The notes under the pieces are model-generated. The model worked only from the letters and a program-made list of their open reading frames with translations, was not told the DNA's origin and searched no databases. DNA of 64,000 nt. Source: Clostridia bacterium. GTDB lineage: Bacteria > Bacillota > Clostridia > Oscillospirales > CAG-272. The stretch is from the NCBI GenBank assembly GCA_017631325.1, contig JAGBTM010000045.1:71348-135347 (forward strand), in the 5' to 3' direction. Each line of letters opens with the position of its first letter. Within the stretch, counting starts at the first letter, position 1. The translations under genes and the position numbers were made by a program. Shown here in pieces: positions 18,176 through 26,498 of the stretch.

Positions 18176-18661
18176 TTAGGTGAAGAAATTAGTCACCAGA
18201 ACGTATATAAGGTAGGCTCCGATGGCCGAGAAAATAACGGTCGATATAATATTGAATATTTTATCGAATTTCTTGACCTTTTCCTCTTCGATTTTCTCTA
18301 TTTCCTTATCCTCCTCGGTTTCCATCATATCCTCGGGGATTTCGTCAAAGGAGTTCTCCTCTACGCCGTCAAGTGCGAAATCGTAGCTTCCCTCCCCAAT
18401 TTTTTTAGCTCTGTCGGCAGCGCTGCCCATAATCTCGGTTAAGGTATTGATTACCAGCTCCTCGGGCTCGGTCTTTGACATCTTGGCGCTGAGTCTGTCC
18501 ATAGCGTCGGCTATACGGGCGAGGTCCTTGCTTGTGGTTGCCTCCTCTATATCCGAGGCGCACCCGTCACAGAGAAAGCGCGGATTTCCGTAAGCGCCCA
18601 TAGTCAGTATCGGGGCCGTAGTTATGTCTATTTCACTTTTACAGATTGAACATTTATTCAT
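18176..18661 (-). CDS. Hypothetical tail-anchored protein with N-terminal zinc ribbon
   Basis: 'CSICKS...CDGC' forms a CxxC..CxxC ribbon, followed by an acidic middle and a C-terminal TM 'IISTVIFSAIGAYLIYVLV'. An ATGA start/stop overlap links it to the upstream DUF896-like gene. Confidence 0.5.
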   Translation of the reverse strand: MNKCSICKSEIDITTAPILTMGAYGNPRFLCDGCASDIEEATTSKDLARIADAMDRLSAKMSKTEPEELVINTLTEIMGSAADRAKKIGEGSYDFALDGVEENSFDEIPEDMMETEEDKEIEKIEEEKVKKFDKIFNIISTVIFSAIGAYLIYVLVTNFFT

Positions 18662-18816
18662 TTCTTCTCTACCCTATCGCCTCTTAGCGTCATACGGACG
18701 TACTTAAGATATTCCTCTCTGAGAGCCTTCTGCTCGGCACGCTCACTCTCGGTAAGCTCGCGCTCCTTTTTAAGTCTTGCAAGCTCGTTTATTCTGTCTA
18801 TCTTTTCTTTTTCCAT
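18658..18816 (-). CDS. DUF896/UPF0291-like small helical protein
   Basis: 'MEKEKIDRINELARLKKERELTESERAEQKALREEYLKYVR' matches my memory of the YnzC/DUF896 family. The start is placed at the internal ATG (18816). Confidence 0.6.
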   Translation of the reverse strand: MEKEKIDRINELARLKKERELTESERAEQKALREEYLKYVRMTLRGDRVEKK

Positions 18817-18843
18817 TTTTCCTCGTTTACACTTCCCCATACT

Positions 18844-18965
18844 TTTGAGTGCAAGATAACCTATCTTGCAGGTCGCAATAAATGCTTTGAACGCGAGATA
18901 ACCTAACCTGTAGGTCGCACTAAATATTTTTGAGTGCGAGATAACCTAACCTGTCGGTTGCTCTC
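18844..18965. repeat. 3 x ~42-bp degenerate tandem repeat between sdaA and the DUF896-like gene
   Basis: Unit core GCRAGATAACCTAWCYTGYAGGTCGC, with periods of 41 and 43 bp. Each unit carries an ACCTA/TAGGT mini-hairpin. Confidence 0.8.
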
Positions 18966-18988
18966 TATATTATGATACAAGCTAAGGG

Positions 18989-20221
18989 TTAAAATTCGCT
19001 GTTGTAGGGTCTTAAATAATTTGTGTCGTTATAGAGCTTCGCAAGGCCTCCCGTAGAAGTCTCACGGTAATGGTGAGAGAGGTCCTTGCCCGTCTCGTAC
19101 ATAGTCTTGATTACGAGGTCGAGCGAGATTTTACGCGAGTCGGAGAGGAAATTCGCAAGGCTGACGGCGTTTATAGCTCGCATAGCGGCAACGGCGTTAC
19201 GCTCGATGCAGGGTATCTGAACCAAACCGCAAATCGGGTCGCAGGTAAGTCCAAGATGATGCTCAAAGGCAATCTCAGCGGCGTACTCTATCTGGTCAAT
19301 TCCCATTTCAAACAGCTCTCCGAGAGCTGCGGACGCCATAGAGCATGCCGTACCTATCTCGGCCTGACAGCCACATTCCGCACCGCTTATAGATGCGTTT
19401 TCCTTGACGAGAGTGCCGATAAGTCCCGCAACTGCGAGAGCTCTGAAAATCTGCATATCCTTGAAGCCGTGCTTCTCCTGCATATATTTAAGTACGGACG
19501 GCAGAACCGCACACGCACCACAGGTGGGCGCTGTGACTATCGTGCCGTTGTCGGCATTCTGCTCGCTGACAGCGTAGGCGTAGGCGCAGACTATTCTGTT
19601 CTCGCGAGTGGTGGGCGACTCGTCGATATGGCGCTGATTAAATATGTGCTGAGCCTTGCGCTCTACCTCAAGTCCTCCAGGAAGAATACCCGAGGTGGTA
19701 AGTCCGTCGTGTATAGCGCTCTCCATGGTTTCCCATACGGTATAGAGGAAGTTGAGAATGGACTCTCCCTCTCGCATAATGACGTAATCCGACAGGCGCA
19801 TACGGTGTTTTTTGCAATACTCTGAAATCTTTGAAAAAGTGGTTTCGGGATAGATGTCGATATCAAAGGACTCGGCTCTTCCCTCAATTTCAATATCTCC
19901 GCCTCCGACGCTCATAACTCGCATAGGATTCTCACATCGCACACCGCCCTTTACCTCGTAGATATCCATAGTATTCTCGTGAGGAAGGTTTCGGTCGTAG
20001 GTGTTGAAAATTATCTTAACGGGCTTGCCTGCCGTCATTTCTATCGCTTTGTCAGTGCCGTGTCCCTCTCCCGTATCGGCAAGAGAGCCGTAAAGGATAA
20101 CCTCAAAGCTGTCTGCATCAGGATGCTCAGAGGCGTAAATGCTCATCGCCTTTGCGGGTCCCATGGTATGAGAGGACGAGGGGCCCTTACCTATTTTGTA
20201 TATATCTCTGATGGATTTCAT
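18989..20221 (-). CDS. sdaA: L-serine ammonia-lyase (Fe-S dependent, single-chain)
   Basis: 'IYKIGKGPSSSHTMGPAKA' is the N-terminal signature. The start is moved to ATG 20221 (GAGAGG RBS); the listed upstream 19 codons lack support. Confidence 0.9.
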   Translation of the reverse strand: MKSIRDIYKIGKGPSSSHTMGPAKAMSIYASEHPDADSFEVILYGSLADTGEGHGTDKAIEMTAGKPVKIIFNTYDRNLPHENTMDIYEVKGGVRCENPMRVMSVGGGDIEIEGRAESFDIDIYPETTFSKISEYCKKHRMRLSDYVIMREGESILNFLYTVWETMESAIHDGLTTSGILPGGLEVERKAQHIFNQRHIDESPTTRENRIVCAYAYAVSEQNADNGTIVTAPTCGACAVLPSVLKYMQEKHGFKDMQIFRALAVAGLIGTLVKENASISGAECGCQAEIGTACSMASAALGELFEMGIDQIEYAAEIAFEHHLGLTCDPICGLVQIPCIERNAVAAMRAINAVSLANFLSDSRKISLDLVIKTMYETGKDLSHHYRETSTGGLAKLYNDTNYLRPYNSEF

Positions 20222-20335
20222 TATTTTTCTACCTCTCGTTTTTATATGATAGGTTTTAGTATAAGTATATTTTATCACACGCGAATGGAACTTTCAAGGG
20301 GTTTGGATAAGTTTTGACGACCATATCTTATACTT

Positions 20336-21193
20336 TCACTCCTTAATAAAGGCTTCGCGTAAAATCTCCAGAAAAATGCGCTCGTGACGTAATATCGCCC
20401 TATCCTTATGAAAATAGACGTAAATATCACGGAAACAATCTCCGATATCGACCAGAGCTGTGTTTTGATGAAGCTGTCCCTGCCACGATATTTCGGGAAC
20501 CAGGGCTACGCCAAGTCCCATATCAACGTATTTTCTAACGTAAAACGGGTCATCAGTGCTGATAGCAATCCTCGGCTCAAAGCCTGACGCGCGACACAGC
20601 GCAGTTGTAAACGCCGAAAGAGGCGAGGTTGACTTCATAAGCACAAAGCTCTCTGTCGCAAGCTCGGATACGGAAACCGTTTGGCGATTAGCAAGTGGAT
20701 TATCTCGCGATACGGCAAGCATAAATCTCTCTGTCATAAGGTGCTCTCTTGCACATTTGTCATTATTATCGCGCCCATCAGAAATAATGAAGCTATAAGC
20801 TGAAGAGTCTATCTCCGCATCGTGACTTATAAGAATTCGCACCTTGGGACATAGACTTTTGAACCTCTCAATAGCAACAGTCGAGGTTCGTCGGTGTACT
20901 CGAATAAGAAGCTTTAGCTCTCCTGTCGGTTCCGTGTCGGTTTCGCAAAGCGACGCTCTCGTATTATCGAGCGTCATAAGAGCAGAGCTCGCTCCGTCAT
21001 AAAAGCGCCTGCCCTCGTCGGTAAGAGTTATTTTGTTGGCGGTGCGTCCAAAAAGCTTCACTCCAAGCTCCTCTTCCAACCTCCTAACCGTTTGGGATAT
21101 ATTAGAAGTAGGGACGCCGTTCTTTTTTGCAGCGTGTGAAAAATTTTCAAGCCTTGCAGCGTCGCAAAAATATCTCAACTGTAATAGTTCCAT
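20336..21193 (-). CDS. LysR-family transcriptional regulator
   Basis: N-terminal wHTH 'MELLQLRYFCDAARLENFSHAAKKNGVPTSNISQTVRRLEEELG' followed by a LysR substrate-binding domain. Confidence 0.87.
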   Translation of the reverse strand: MELLQLRYFCDAARLENFSHAAKKNGVPTSNISQTVRRLEEELGVKLFGRTANKITLTDEGRRFYDGASSALMTLDNTRASLCETDTEPTGELKLLIRVHRRTSTVAIERFKSLCPKVRILISHDAEIDSSAYSFIISDGRDNNDKCAREHLMTERFMLAVSRDNPLANRQTVSVSELATESFVLMKSTSPLSAFTTALCRASGFEPRIAISTDDPFYVRKYVDMGLGVALVPEISWQGQLHQNTALVDIGDCFRDIYVYFHKDRAILRHERIFLEILREAFIKE

Positions 21194-21281
21194 TTTTCTC
21201 CTTTTTCTAAAAGCTTTTATTATATTATACTATATCCACAGCAAAGCGTCAAGACACTATACAAAAAAAGTTATAGCATGT

Positions 21282-21297
21282 TAACAAATATTTGTTA
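21282..21297. promoter_or_regulatory. Perfect 16-bp palindrome TAACAAATATTTGTTA (candidate LysR-type operator)
   Basis: It lies in the divergent LysR / 21387 intergenic region and directly abuts the -35 element at 21298. It has the T-N11-A type dyad. Confidence 0.45.
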
Positions 21298-21326
21298 TTT
21301 ACAAACTTTAGTATATAATGTATAAT
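21298..21326 (+). promoter_or_regulatory. SigmaA-type promoter TTTACA-17-TATAAT
   Basis: TTTACA at 21298-21303, a 17-nt spacer, TATAAT at 21321-21326. It lies upstream of the 21387 and 21705 gene pair. Confidence 0.5.
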
Positions 21327-21386
21327 GTCGTAAGAGAGTAACGTGCTACGTTTCTTTTACACAACTTTACAGTTAGGAGAGTAAAA

Positions 21387-21689
21387 ATGGTAGACCTTCC
21401 GGAAATATTTGAAATTATAATGATACTGAGCTTTGGGGCTTCCTGGCCCGCAAATCTAATGAAATCCTACAAAGCAAGAACCGCAAAGGGAAAAAGCCTT
21501 TTGTTCTTGTGCCTGATATTTTTTGGCTATATAGCGGGTATTATATCCAAGCTTATAAACGAGGCTTATATGTCGTCGTTTCAGGACAAATGGTACGTGC
21601 TGATTTTCTACTTTATAAATCTCGTTATGGTAGGCGCGGATATCTGCTTGTATTACAGAAACCGACTTATCGACAAGCGAACGATTTAA
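21387..21689 (+). CDS. Small 3-TM membrane protein, PQ-loop/SemiSWEET-like
   Basis: 100 aa with three hydrophobic helices. 'SWPANLMKSYKARTAKGKS' resembles the PQ-loop motif context (P-x...K-x-K-S). The call is from memory only. Confidence 0.4.
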   Translation: MVDLPEIFEIIMILSFGASWPANLMKSYKARTAKGKSLLFLCLIFFGYIAGIISKLINEAYMSSFQDKWYVLIFYFINLVMVGADICLYYRNRLIDKRTI

Positions 21690-21704
21690 AAAGGAGCGCT
21701 CTGT

Positions 21705-22424
21705 ATGAAAATTCTGTCTATTGGAAACAGCTTTTCGGTTGATGCGCATGCATATCTTAAGGGAGTGTGCGATGCTGCGGGCGTAGAGATTTACGCGGCT
21801 AACTTATATATAGGCGGCTGCTCGCTTGTAAGGCACTATAACAATATGATTAGCAATGCAGACGAATACGTTTTATACGTCAACGGAAGCTCAACGGGGA
21901 AAAACATATCTATAGATGATGCTCTCGATATGGACGAGTGGGACGTTATTACCTTTCAGGAAAGCTCGTTAATGTCGGTAAGGCTTGCAAATTTCGAGCC
22001 TTACATCACGCACCTTATCGCTCACGCAAAGGAAAAGCACCCGAGGGCGAAAATTGCAATACATCAAACATGGGGATACGGAAATGCGGCACTGGGAACG
22101 ATAAAAAATCTCGGCTTCCTTACACCCGAGGAAATGTTTGATGCGGTAGAAAAGAATTACGTAGCCATATCGAAAAGCGTGGGGGCGGATATTTTTATTC
22201 CCTCCGGCAGAGTGCTGAAGCGGCTTTACGCCGAGGGCTATAACGTACATCTGGAGGACGGACGTCACGCCGGACGCGGAATAGGAAGATACGCACTCGC
22301 TCTTACTTGGCTTAAAGTGCTATTTGGCACAGGGGTGCGCGGAAATAGCTTTGACAATTTTGAAATTCCCATCAGTAACGAGGAAAAAGAGGCTGTCCTG
22401 CGCGCTCTCGAGGATATATTATAA
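21705..22424 (+). CDS. SGNH-like hydrolase-fold protein (DUF4886-like)
   Basis: 'KILSIGNSFSVDAHAYL' and 'YIGGCSLVRHYNN' resemble the DUF4886/SGNH N-terminal block as I remember it. Confidence 0.55.
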   Translation: MKILSIGNSFSVDAHAYLKGVCDAAGVEIYAANLYIGGCSLVRHYNNMISNADEYVLYVNGSSTGKNISIDDALDMDEWDVITFQESSLMSVRLANFEPYITHLIAHAKEKHPRAKIAIHQTWGYGNAALGTIKNLGFLTPEEMFDAVEKNYVAISKSVGADIFIPSGRVLKRLYAEGYNVHLEDGRHAGRGIGRYALALTWLKVLFGTGVRGNSFDNFEIPISNEEKEAVLRALEDIL

Positions 22425-22429
22425 AAAAT

Positions 22430-22484
22430 GCAGAGTCTGTTTAGCTTGGTGCTCGGTAGAAGCATCTTGCCAAACAGGCTCTGC
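22430..22484. terminator. Bidirectional large-loop hairpin terminator
   Basis: GCAGAGTCTGTTT / AAACAGGCTCTGC pairs at 12 of 13 positions, with a 29-nt loop, an A-run upstream and TTTTATTTAT downstream. Confidence 0.55.
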
Positions 22485-22520
22485 GTTTTATTTATATTAA
22501 CAAATTTAGTGTATTTCGGT

Positions 22521-23936
22521 TTATTTTGAAAGATATTCGTGAATTGACCTCGCGGCGATTTTGCCCGCGCCCATAGCCGAGATTACGGTTGCAGCGCCCG
22601 TTACGGCGTCACCGCCTGCGAACACACCGTCCTTTGTGGTAGCTCCACCCTCGGTAATTATGATGCCACCGCGAGAGTTGACCTCAAGGCCCGCCGTCGT
22701 CGATTTGATAAGAGGATTAGGCGAGGTGCCTATCGACATAATTACGGTATCAACGTCGAGCACGAACTCACTGTCGGGGACTGCGACGGGACTTCTTCTG
22801 CCGCGTTCGTCGGGCTCGCCAAGTTCCATTTTGACGCACCTGATACCCGTGACAAAGCCGTTTCTTGCATCTCGTTTGTCCTCGGGATTATTGTAGCCGA
22901 GGATTTCCACGGGGTTTGTAAGAAGACGGAACTCTATTCCCTCCTCCTGTGCGTGCTCGACCTCCTCGCGTCTTGCGGGGAGCTCCTCTACTGAGCGTCG
23001 GTAAACTATATACACCTTATCGGCGCCGAGCCTTACGGCAGTTCTTGCGGCGTCCATAGCGACGTTTCCGCCGCCTATCACGGCTACTTTGCCCCCCTTC
23101 ATAATCGGGGTGTCTGCGCCGTCGAGATACGCCTTCATAAGATTGCTTCTCGTTAAGTACTCATTAGCGGAATATACGCCCTTAAGCGACTCGCCCGGGA
23201 TACCCATAAAATTAGGAAGTCCTGCGCCCGAGCCGATAAACACGGCCTCATATCCGTCATCGATAAGCTCGTCAACCGTGAGAGTTTTGCCTATTACGAC
23301 GTTAGTCATAATCTTAACTCTCATTTTTTCGAGGTTGTCCACCTCTTTTTTGACTATTGACTTGGGCAGACGAAACTCGGGTATACCGTAGACGAGAACG
23401 CCACCCGCTGTATGAAGAGCCTCGAAGACAGTCACCTCGTAGCCACTCTTAGCAAGCTCGCCGGCGCAGGTGAGACCCGAGGGGCCCGAGCCGACCACGG
23501 CCACCCTTTTTCCGTTCTTTTCCTTTATTTCGGGCAGACGGTCGCTGTTCGCGTTATGAAAATCGGCAACGAAGCGCTCAAGTCTGCCGATACCGACAGG
23601 CTCGCCCTTAATACCTCTGACGCATCTTGCCTCACACTGTGTCTCTTGAGGACAGACGCGTCCGCAAACGGCAGGGAGAGACGAGCTTTTTGCAATAACC
23701 TCGTACGCGCCCTCAAAATCGCCCTCCTTAACCTTGGAAATGAACTCAGGTATGTGTATATTTACAGGGCACCCGCTAACGCAGGGCATATTCTTACAAG
23801 AGAGGCAACGAAGCGCCTCGTCAATAGCCATCTCTTCGGTATAGCCGAGAGCCACCTCGTCAAAATTACGCGCACGAAGTGCGGGCTCTTGAGTTGGCAT
23901 AGGATTTTTCTTTTGGCTCATATTATTTTTTGCCAT
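22521..23936 (-). CDS. nfnB: NADH-dependent reduced ferredoxin:NADP+ oxidoreductase subunit B (GltD-like)
   Basis: Fe-S Cys clusters 'CLSCKNMPCVSGCP' and 'CGRVCPQETQCEARC', plus two dinucleotide folds 'VAVVGSGPSGL' and 'VAVIGGGNVAMD'. It is paired with a PyrK-like subunit. Confidence 0.82.
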   Translation of the reverse strand: MAKNNMSQKKNPMPTQEPALRARNFDEVALGYTEEMAIDEALRCLSCKNMPCVSGCPVNIHIPEFISKVKEGDFEGAYEVIAKSSSLPAVCGRVCPQETQCEARCVRGIKGEPVGIGRLERFVADFHNANSDRLPEIKEKNGKRVAVVGSGPSGLTCAGELAKSGYEVTVFEALHTAGGVLVYGIPEFRLPKSIVKKEVDNLEKMRVKIMTNVVIGKTLTVDELIDDGYEAVFIGSGAGLPNFMGIPGESLKGVYSANEYLTRSNLMKAYLDGADTPIMKGGKVAVIGGGNVAMDAARTAVRLGADKVYIVYRRSVEELPARREEVEHAQEEGIEFRLLTNPVEILGYNNPEDKRDARNGFVTGIRCVKMELGEPDERGRRSPVAVPDSEFVLDVDTVIMSIGTSPNPLIKSTTAGLEVNSRGGIIITEGGATTKDGVFAGGDAVTGAATVISAMGAGKIAARSIHEYLSK

Positions 23937-23939
23937 TGC

Positions 23940-24791
23940 TTATACCCCATTTTTAAACAGGTTGCACGCATCTGTGTGTGCGTGGCGCTCAAAATCTCTG
24001 TACATAGAGCTGCGGGAGATGGCCTCGTCAAAATCAACCTCATAGCCGTTGAAATCAGGGCCGTCAACGCAGGCGAAGCGTGTCACTCTCTTACCGTCGC
24101 GGTTCAAGGTAAGGCGACAGCCACCGCACATTCCCGTGCCGTCAATCATTATCGGGTTCATGGAAACGTCACACGGAATACCCGTCGGGCGTGTGGCCTC
24201 AACCACGAACTTCATCATAACAAGAGGACCGATGGCGATAACCTTGTCAAAGCGTCTGCCCGAAGAAAAGGCCTCGTTAAGCGGCAGACAAACGTTACCC
24301 TCTCTACCCCACGAGCCATCGTCGGTCATTACGATAAGCTCGTCTGAGACTGCGCGAAATTCGTCCTCGAGTATGACTAAATCCTTGGAGCGAAAGCCTA
24401 TAACCGAAGTAACCTTAGCGCCCATTTTAGAGAGCTTCTCGGCAATAGGCAGAGCTATCGCACAGCCAACGCCGCCACCGACTATACAAACGTCCCTAAG
24501 GCCCTCAAGCTGCGTAGGTACGCCAAGAGGTCCTGCAAAATCGGATATAAAATCGCCCTCACCGAGAGAGTTGAGCTTCTCCGTGGTTGCGCCTACTATT
24601 TGAAATATTATTTTTACGGTTCCCGCCGTCCTGTCACAGCCTGCGACTGTAAGGGGTATTCTCTCACCGTCAGCATCGACACGAAGAATTATAAACTGAC
24701 CTGCCTCAGCTTTTTTTGCAACGAGGGGTGCTTCAATCTCCATCATGGTTACTGTGGGATTTAAGGACTTCTTTTTTGCTATTTTATACAT
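23940..24791 (-). CDS. nfnA: NfnA (PyrK-like FAD/NAD-binding, [2Fe-2S]) subunit
   Basis: Ferredoxin-reductase-type FAD/NAD fold with C-terminal 'DGTGMCGGCRL' and 'CVDGP' cluster ligands. It lies 3 nt upstream of nfnB. Confidence 0.82.
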   Translation of the reverse strand: MYKIAKKKSLNPTVTMMEIEAPLVAKKAEAGQFIILRVDADGERIPLTVAGCDRTAGTVKIIFQIVGATTEKLNSLGEGDFISDFAGPLGVPTQLEGLRDVCIVGGGVGCAIALPIAEKLSKMGAKVTSVIGFRSKDLVILEDEFRAVSDELIVMTDDGSWGREGNVCLPLNEAFSSGRRFDKVIAIGPLVMMKFVVEATRPTGIPCDVSMNPIMIDGTGMCGGCRLTLNRDGKRVTRFACVDGPDFNGYEVDFDEAISRSSMYRDFERHAHTDACNLFKNGV

Positions 24792-25023
24792 TACTGCCCC
24801 CAGAAATATATTAACCTATAAATGATAACATATTTTAAAGAAAATTTCAAGAGCTCTTTGGGTGGGTCCGCAAAGTTTTTTAAAATAATTTAAAATAAAT
24901 TTACGAAGTGGGCGTTTTGTCACTTATTTTCCTTTTTTGCGTTGGTATAAACTGGGTACGTTACGGGAAGAATATACCTAAATCGCGCGGGATTTCCCGT
25001 GCAATATGGGAAAGGAAGCCAAA

Positions 25024-26301
25024 ATGAAAAGAAAATCCATAATTTTTTTGACAGTCGCATCTATAATCTGTACTATTCTTCTATCGGGACTTATATCCTC
25101 AGCCGCATTCGGCTCTGGGGTTGCAGTGGTAGCCTCTGAGGTTGAGATGGTAAAAACGGGCCTTGTCGGACAGAAGCTGAGATTCTCTGACGCTGATTTC
25201 AAATCAGCGCTTGTTACGGCTGATTTTGACAGCATAACTGTGACGAAAATACCCTCCTCCACGGACGGAACGCTCCTGCTTGACGGTCGACGCGTAGGCG
25301 AGGGGAAGGTCATAAAGCGTAAAAACATCGCAACTCTTTCGTTTATCCCTGCGTCAAGCTCGGTCAGTGAATGCTCATTCACCTTTACGGTAGACGGTGC
25401 GGGCTCAGGAGAGGAAATAAAATGTGTTATGAGGTTTATCGACAAGATAAACTACTCGCCTAAGACCGAGGGTACGCTAAGCGCGGTGGCTATGAAAACT
25501 CAGGAAAACATCTCGCTATACGGCAGAATGTACGGCGAGGACCCAGAGGGTGACAAGCTTCTTTATATGGTTATCGCATACCCCGAAAACGGTGTGCTTG
25601 ACGTCCTTGACAAAGAGTGTGGAAGCTACTGCTACACACCGAATAAGGACTACACGGGCGAGGACGGATTCACCTACGTCGTGCGCGACGAGTACGGAAA
25701 TTATTCCTACCCAAGAAGCGTGAGCATAAACGTCAGCGAGAGAATGTGCGACACGGTTTATAACGATATGACCAACAGAACGGAATACAACGCCGCGGTC
25801 GCTATGACTGCTATGAACGTTATGGACGGCAGGCTTATCGGCGACGGAAAATACTTTATGCCCGACGATACCGTCAGCCGCGCTGAATTTGTGGCAATGG
25901 CTATGAAATGCGCCGGAATACGCACTGACAGCACGCTAAGCGTAAGCTATTTTGACGACGACGCTGATATCCCCGCGCCACTTAAATGCTACGTTGCAAC
26001 GGCACAGAGAGTGGGTATAATCAACGGCAATTTTGAAAACGGGGTGCTTACCTTCTCACCGAACAAGGCTATAACCAGATACGAGGCTGCTATGATAATG
26101 GCGGCAGTACTCGGAATTGAGGGCGGCGAAGAGGACGCAGTGTACGGCACAGACGAAACCGTACCCGTATGGGCAAGAGGCGGTGTCACGGCTATGTACA
26201 CGCTCGGAGTGTTTGACGACGCGGCAGGCGAAAGCCTGACGGGTGAGGTAACGAGGGCAAACGCGGCACTCTATCTTTACAGAATGATAGACGCGATTTA
26301 A
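25024..26301 (+). CDS. Secreted cell-surface protein: cadherin/Ig-like repeat + C-terminal SLH domains
   Basis: Signal peptide 'MKRKSIIFLTVASIICTILLSG'. 'YTPNKDYTGEDGFTYVVRDEYGNYS' is an Ig/cadherin-like repeat. The SLH-type segments are 'DTVSRAEFVAMAMKCAGI' and 'AITRYEAAMIMAAVLG'. Confidence 0.75.
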   Translation: MKRKSIIFLTVASIICTILLSGLISSAAFGSGVAVVASEVEMVKTGLVGQKLRFSDADFKSALVTADFDSITVTKIPSSTDGTLLLDGRRVGEGKVIKRKNIATLSFIPASSSVSECSFTFTVDGAGSGEEIKCVMRFIDKINYSPKTEGTLSAVAMKTQENISLYGRMYGEDPEGDKLLYMVIAYPENGVLDVLDKECGSYCYTPNKDYTGEDGFTYVVRDEYGNYSYPRSVSINVSERMCDTVYNDMTNRTEYNAAVAMTAMNVMDGRLIGDGKYFMPDDTVSRAEFVAMAMKCAGIRTDSTLSVSYFDDDADIPAPLKCYVATAQRVGIINGNFENGVLTFSPNKAITRYEAAMIMAAVLGIEGGEEDAVYGTDETVPVWARGGVTAMYTLGVFDDAAGESLTGEVTRANAALYLYRMIDAI

Positions 26302-26326
26302 TATCCAGAAAGCCTAAGCAAATGGA

Positions 26327-26360
26327 AAATGCGCACCTAGAAAAAGGTGCGCATTTTTGG
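26327..26360 (+). terminator. Intrinsic terminator after the SLH gene
   Basis: AAAATGCGCACC-tagaaaaa-GGTGCGCATTTT followed by TGG. Confidence 0.75.
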
Positions 26361-26385
26361 TTTTATATTCAAATATGCTTTATTT

Positions 26386-26435
26386 TGCTAATCGAATTTA
26401 TAAATTCCGAGCTAATCAAATACAAGTTCGAAAAA
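26386..26435. repeat. 2 x ~25-bp degenerate tandem repeat 3' of nnr
   Basis: GCTAATCGAATTTATAAATTCCGA / GCTAATCAAATACAAGTTCGAAAAA, followed by AAATTTGTA twice. Confidence 0.55.
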
Positions 26436-26498
26436 TAAAATTTGTAAATTTGTAGTTCTGCCTTGCTTTATTGCCGACTTTTTTGGGTTTTTGACAGT

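Noticed and set aside
18844-18965. Possible mini-CRISPR array
   Set aside because: The three units are directly adjacent, with no unique spacers between them. The copies are degenerate, and there are no cas genes in the window.
23412-24347. 311-aa plus-strand ORF spanning the nfnB/nfnA junction
   Set aside because: It is antisense to two well-supported genes that happen to share a phase. It has no motifs or RBS. The same applies to 32477-33508 (antisense to GH4), 56476-57480 (antisense to the ABC exporter) and 9151-9708 (antisense to the ylbF-like gene).
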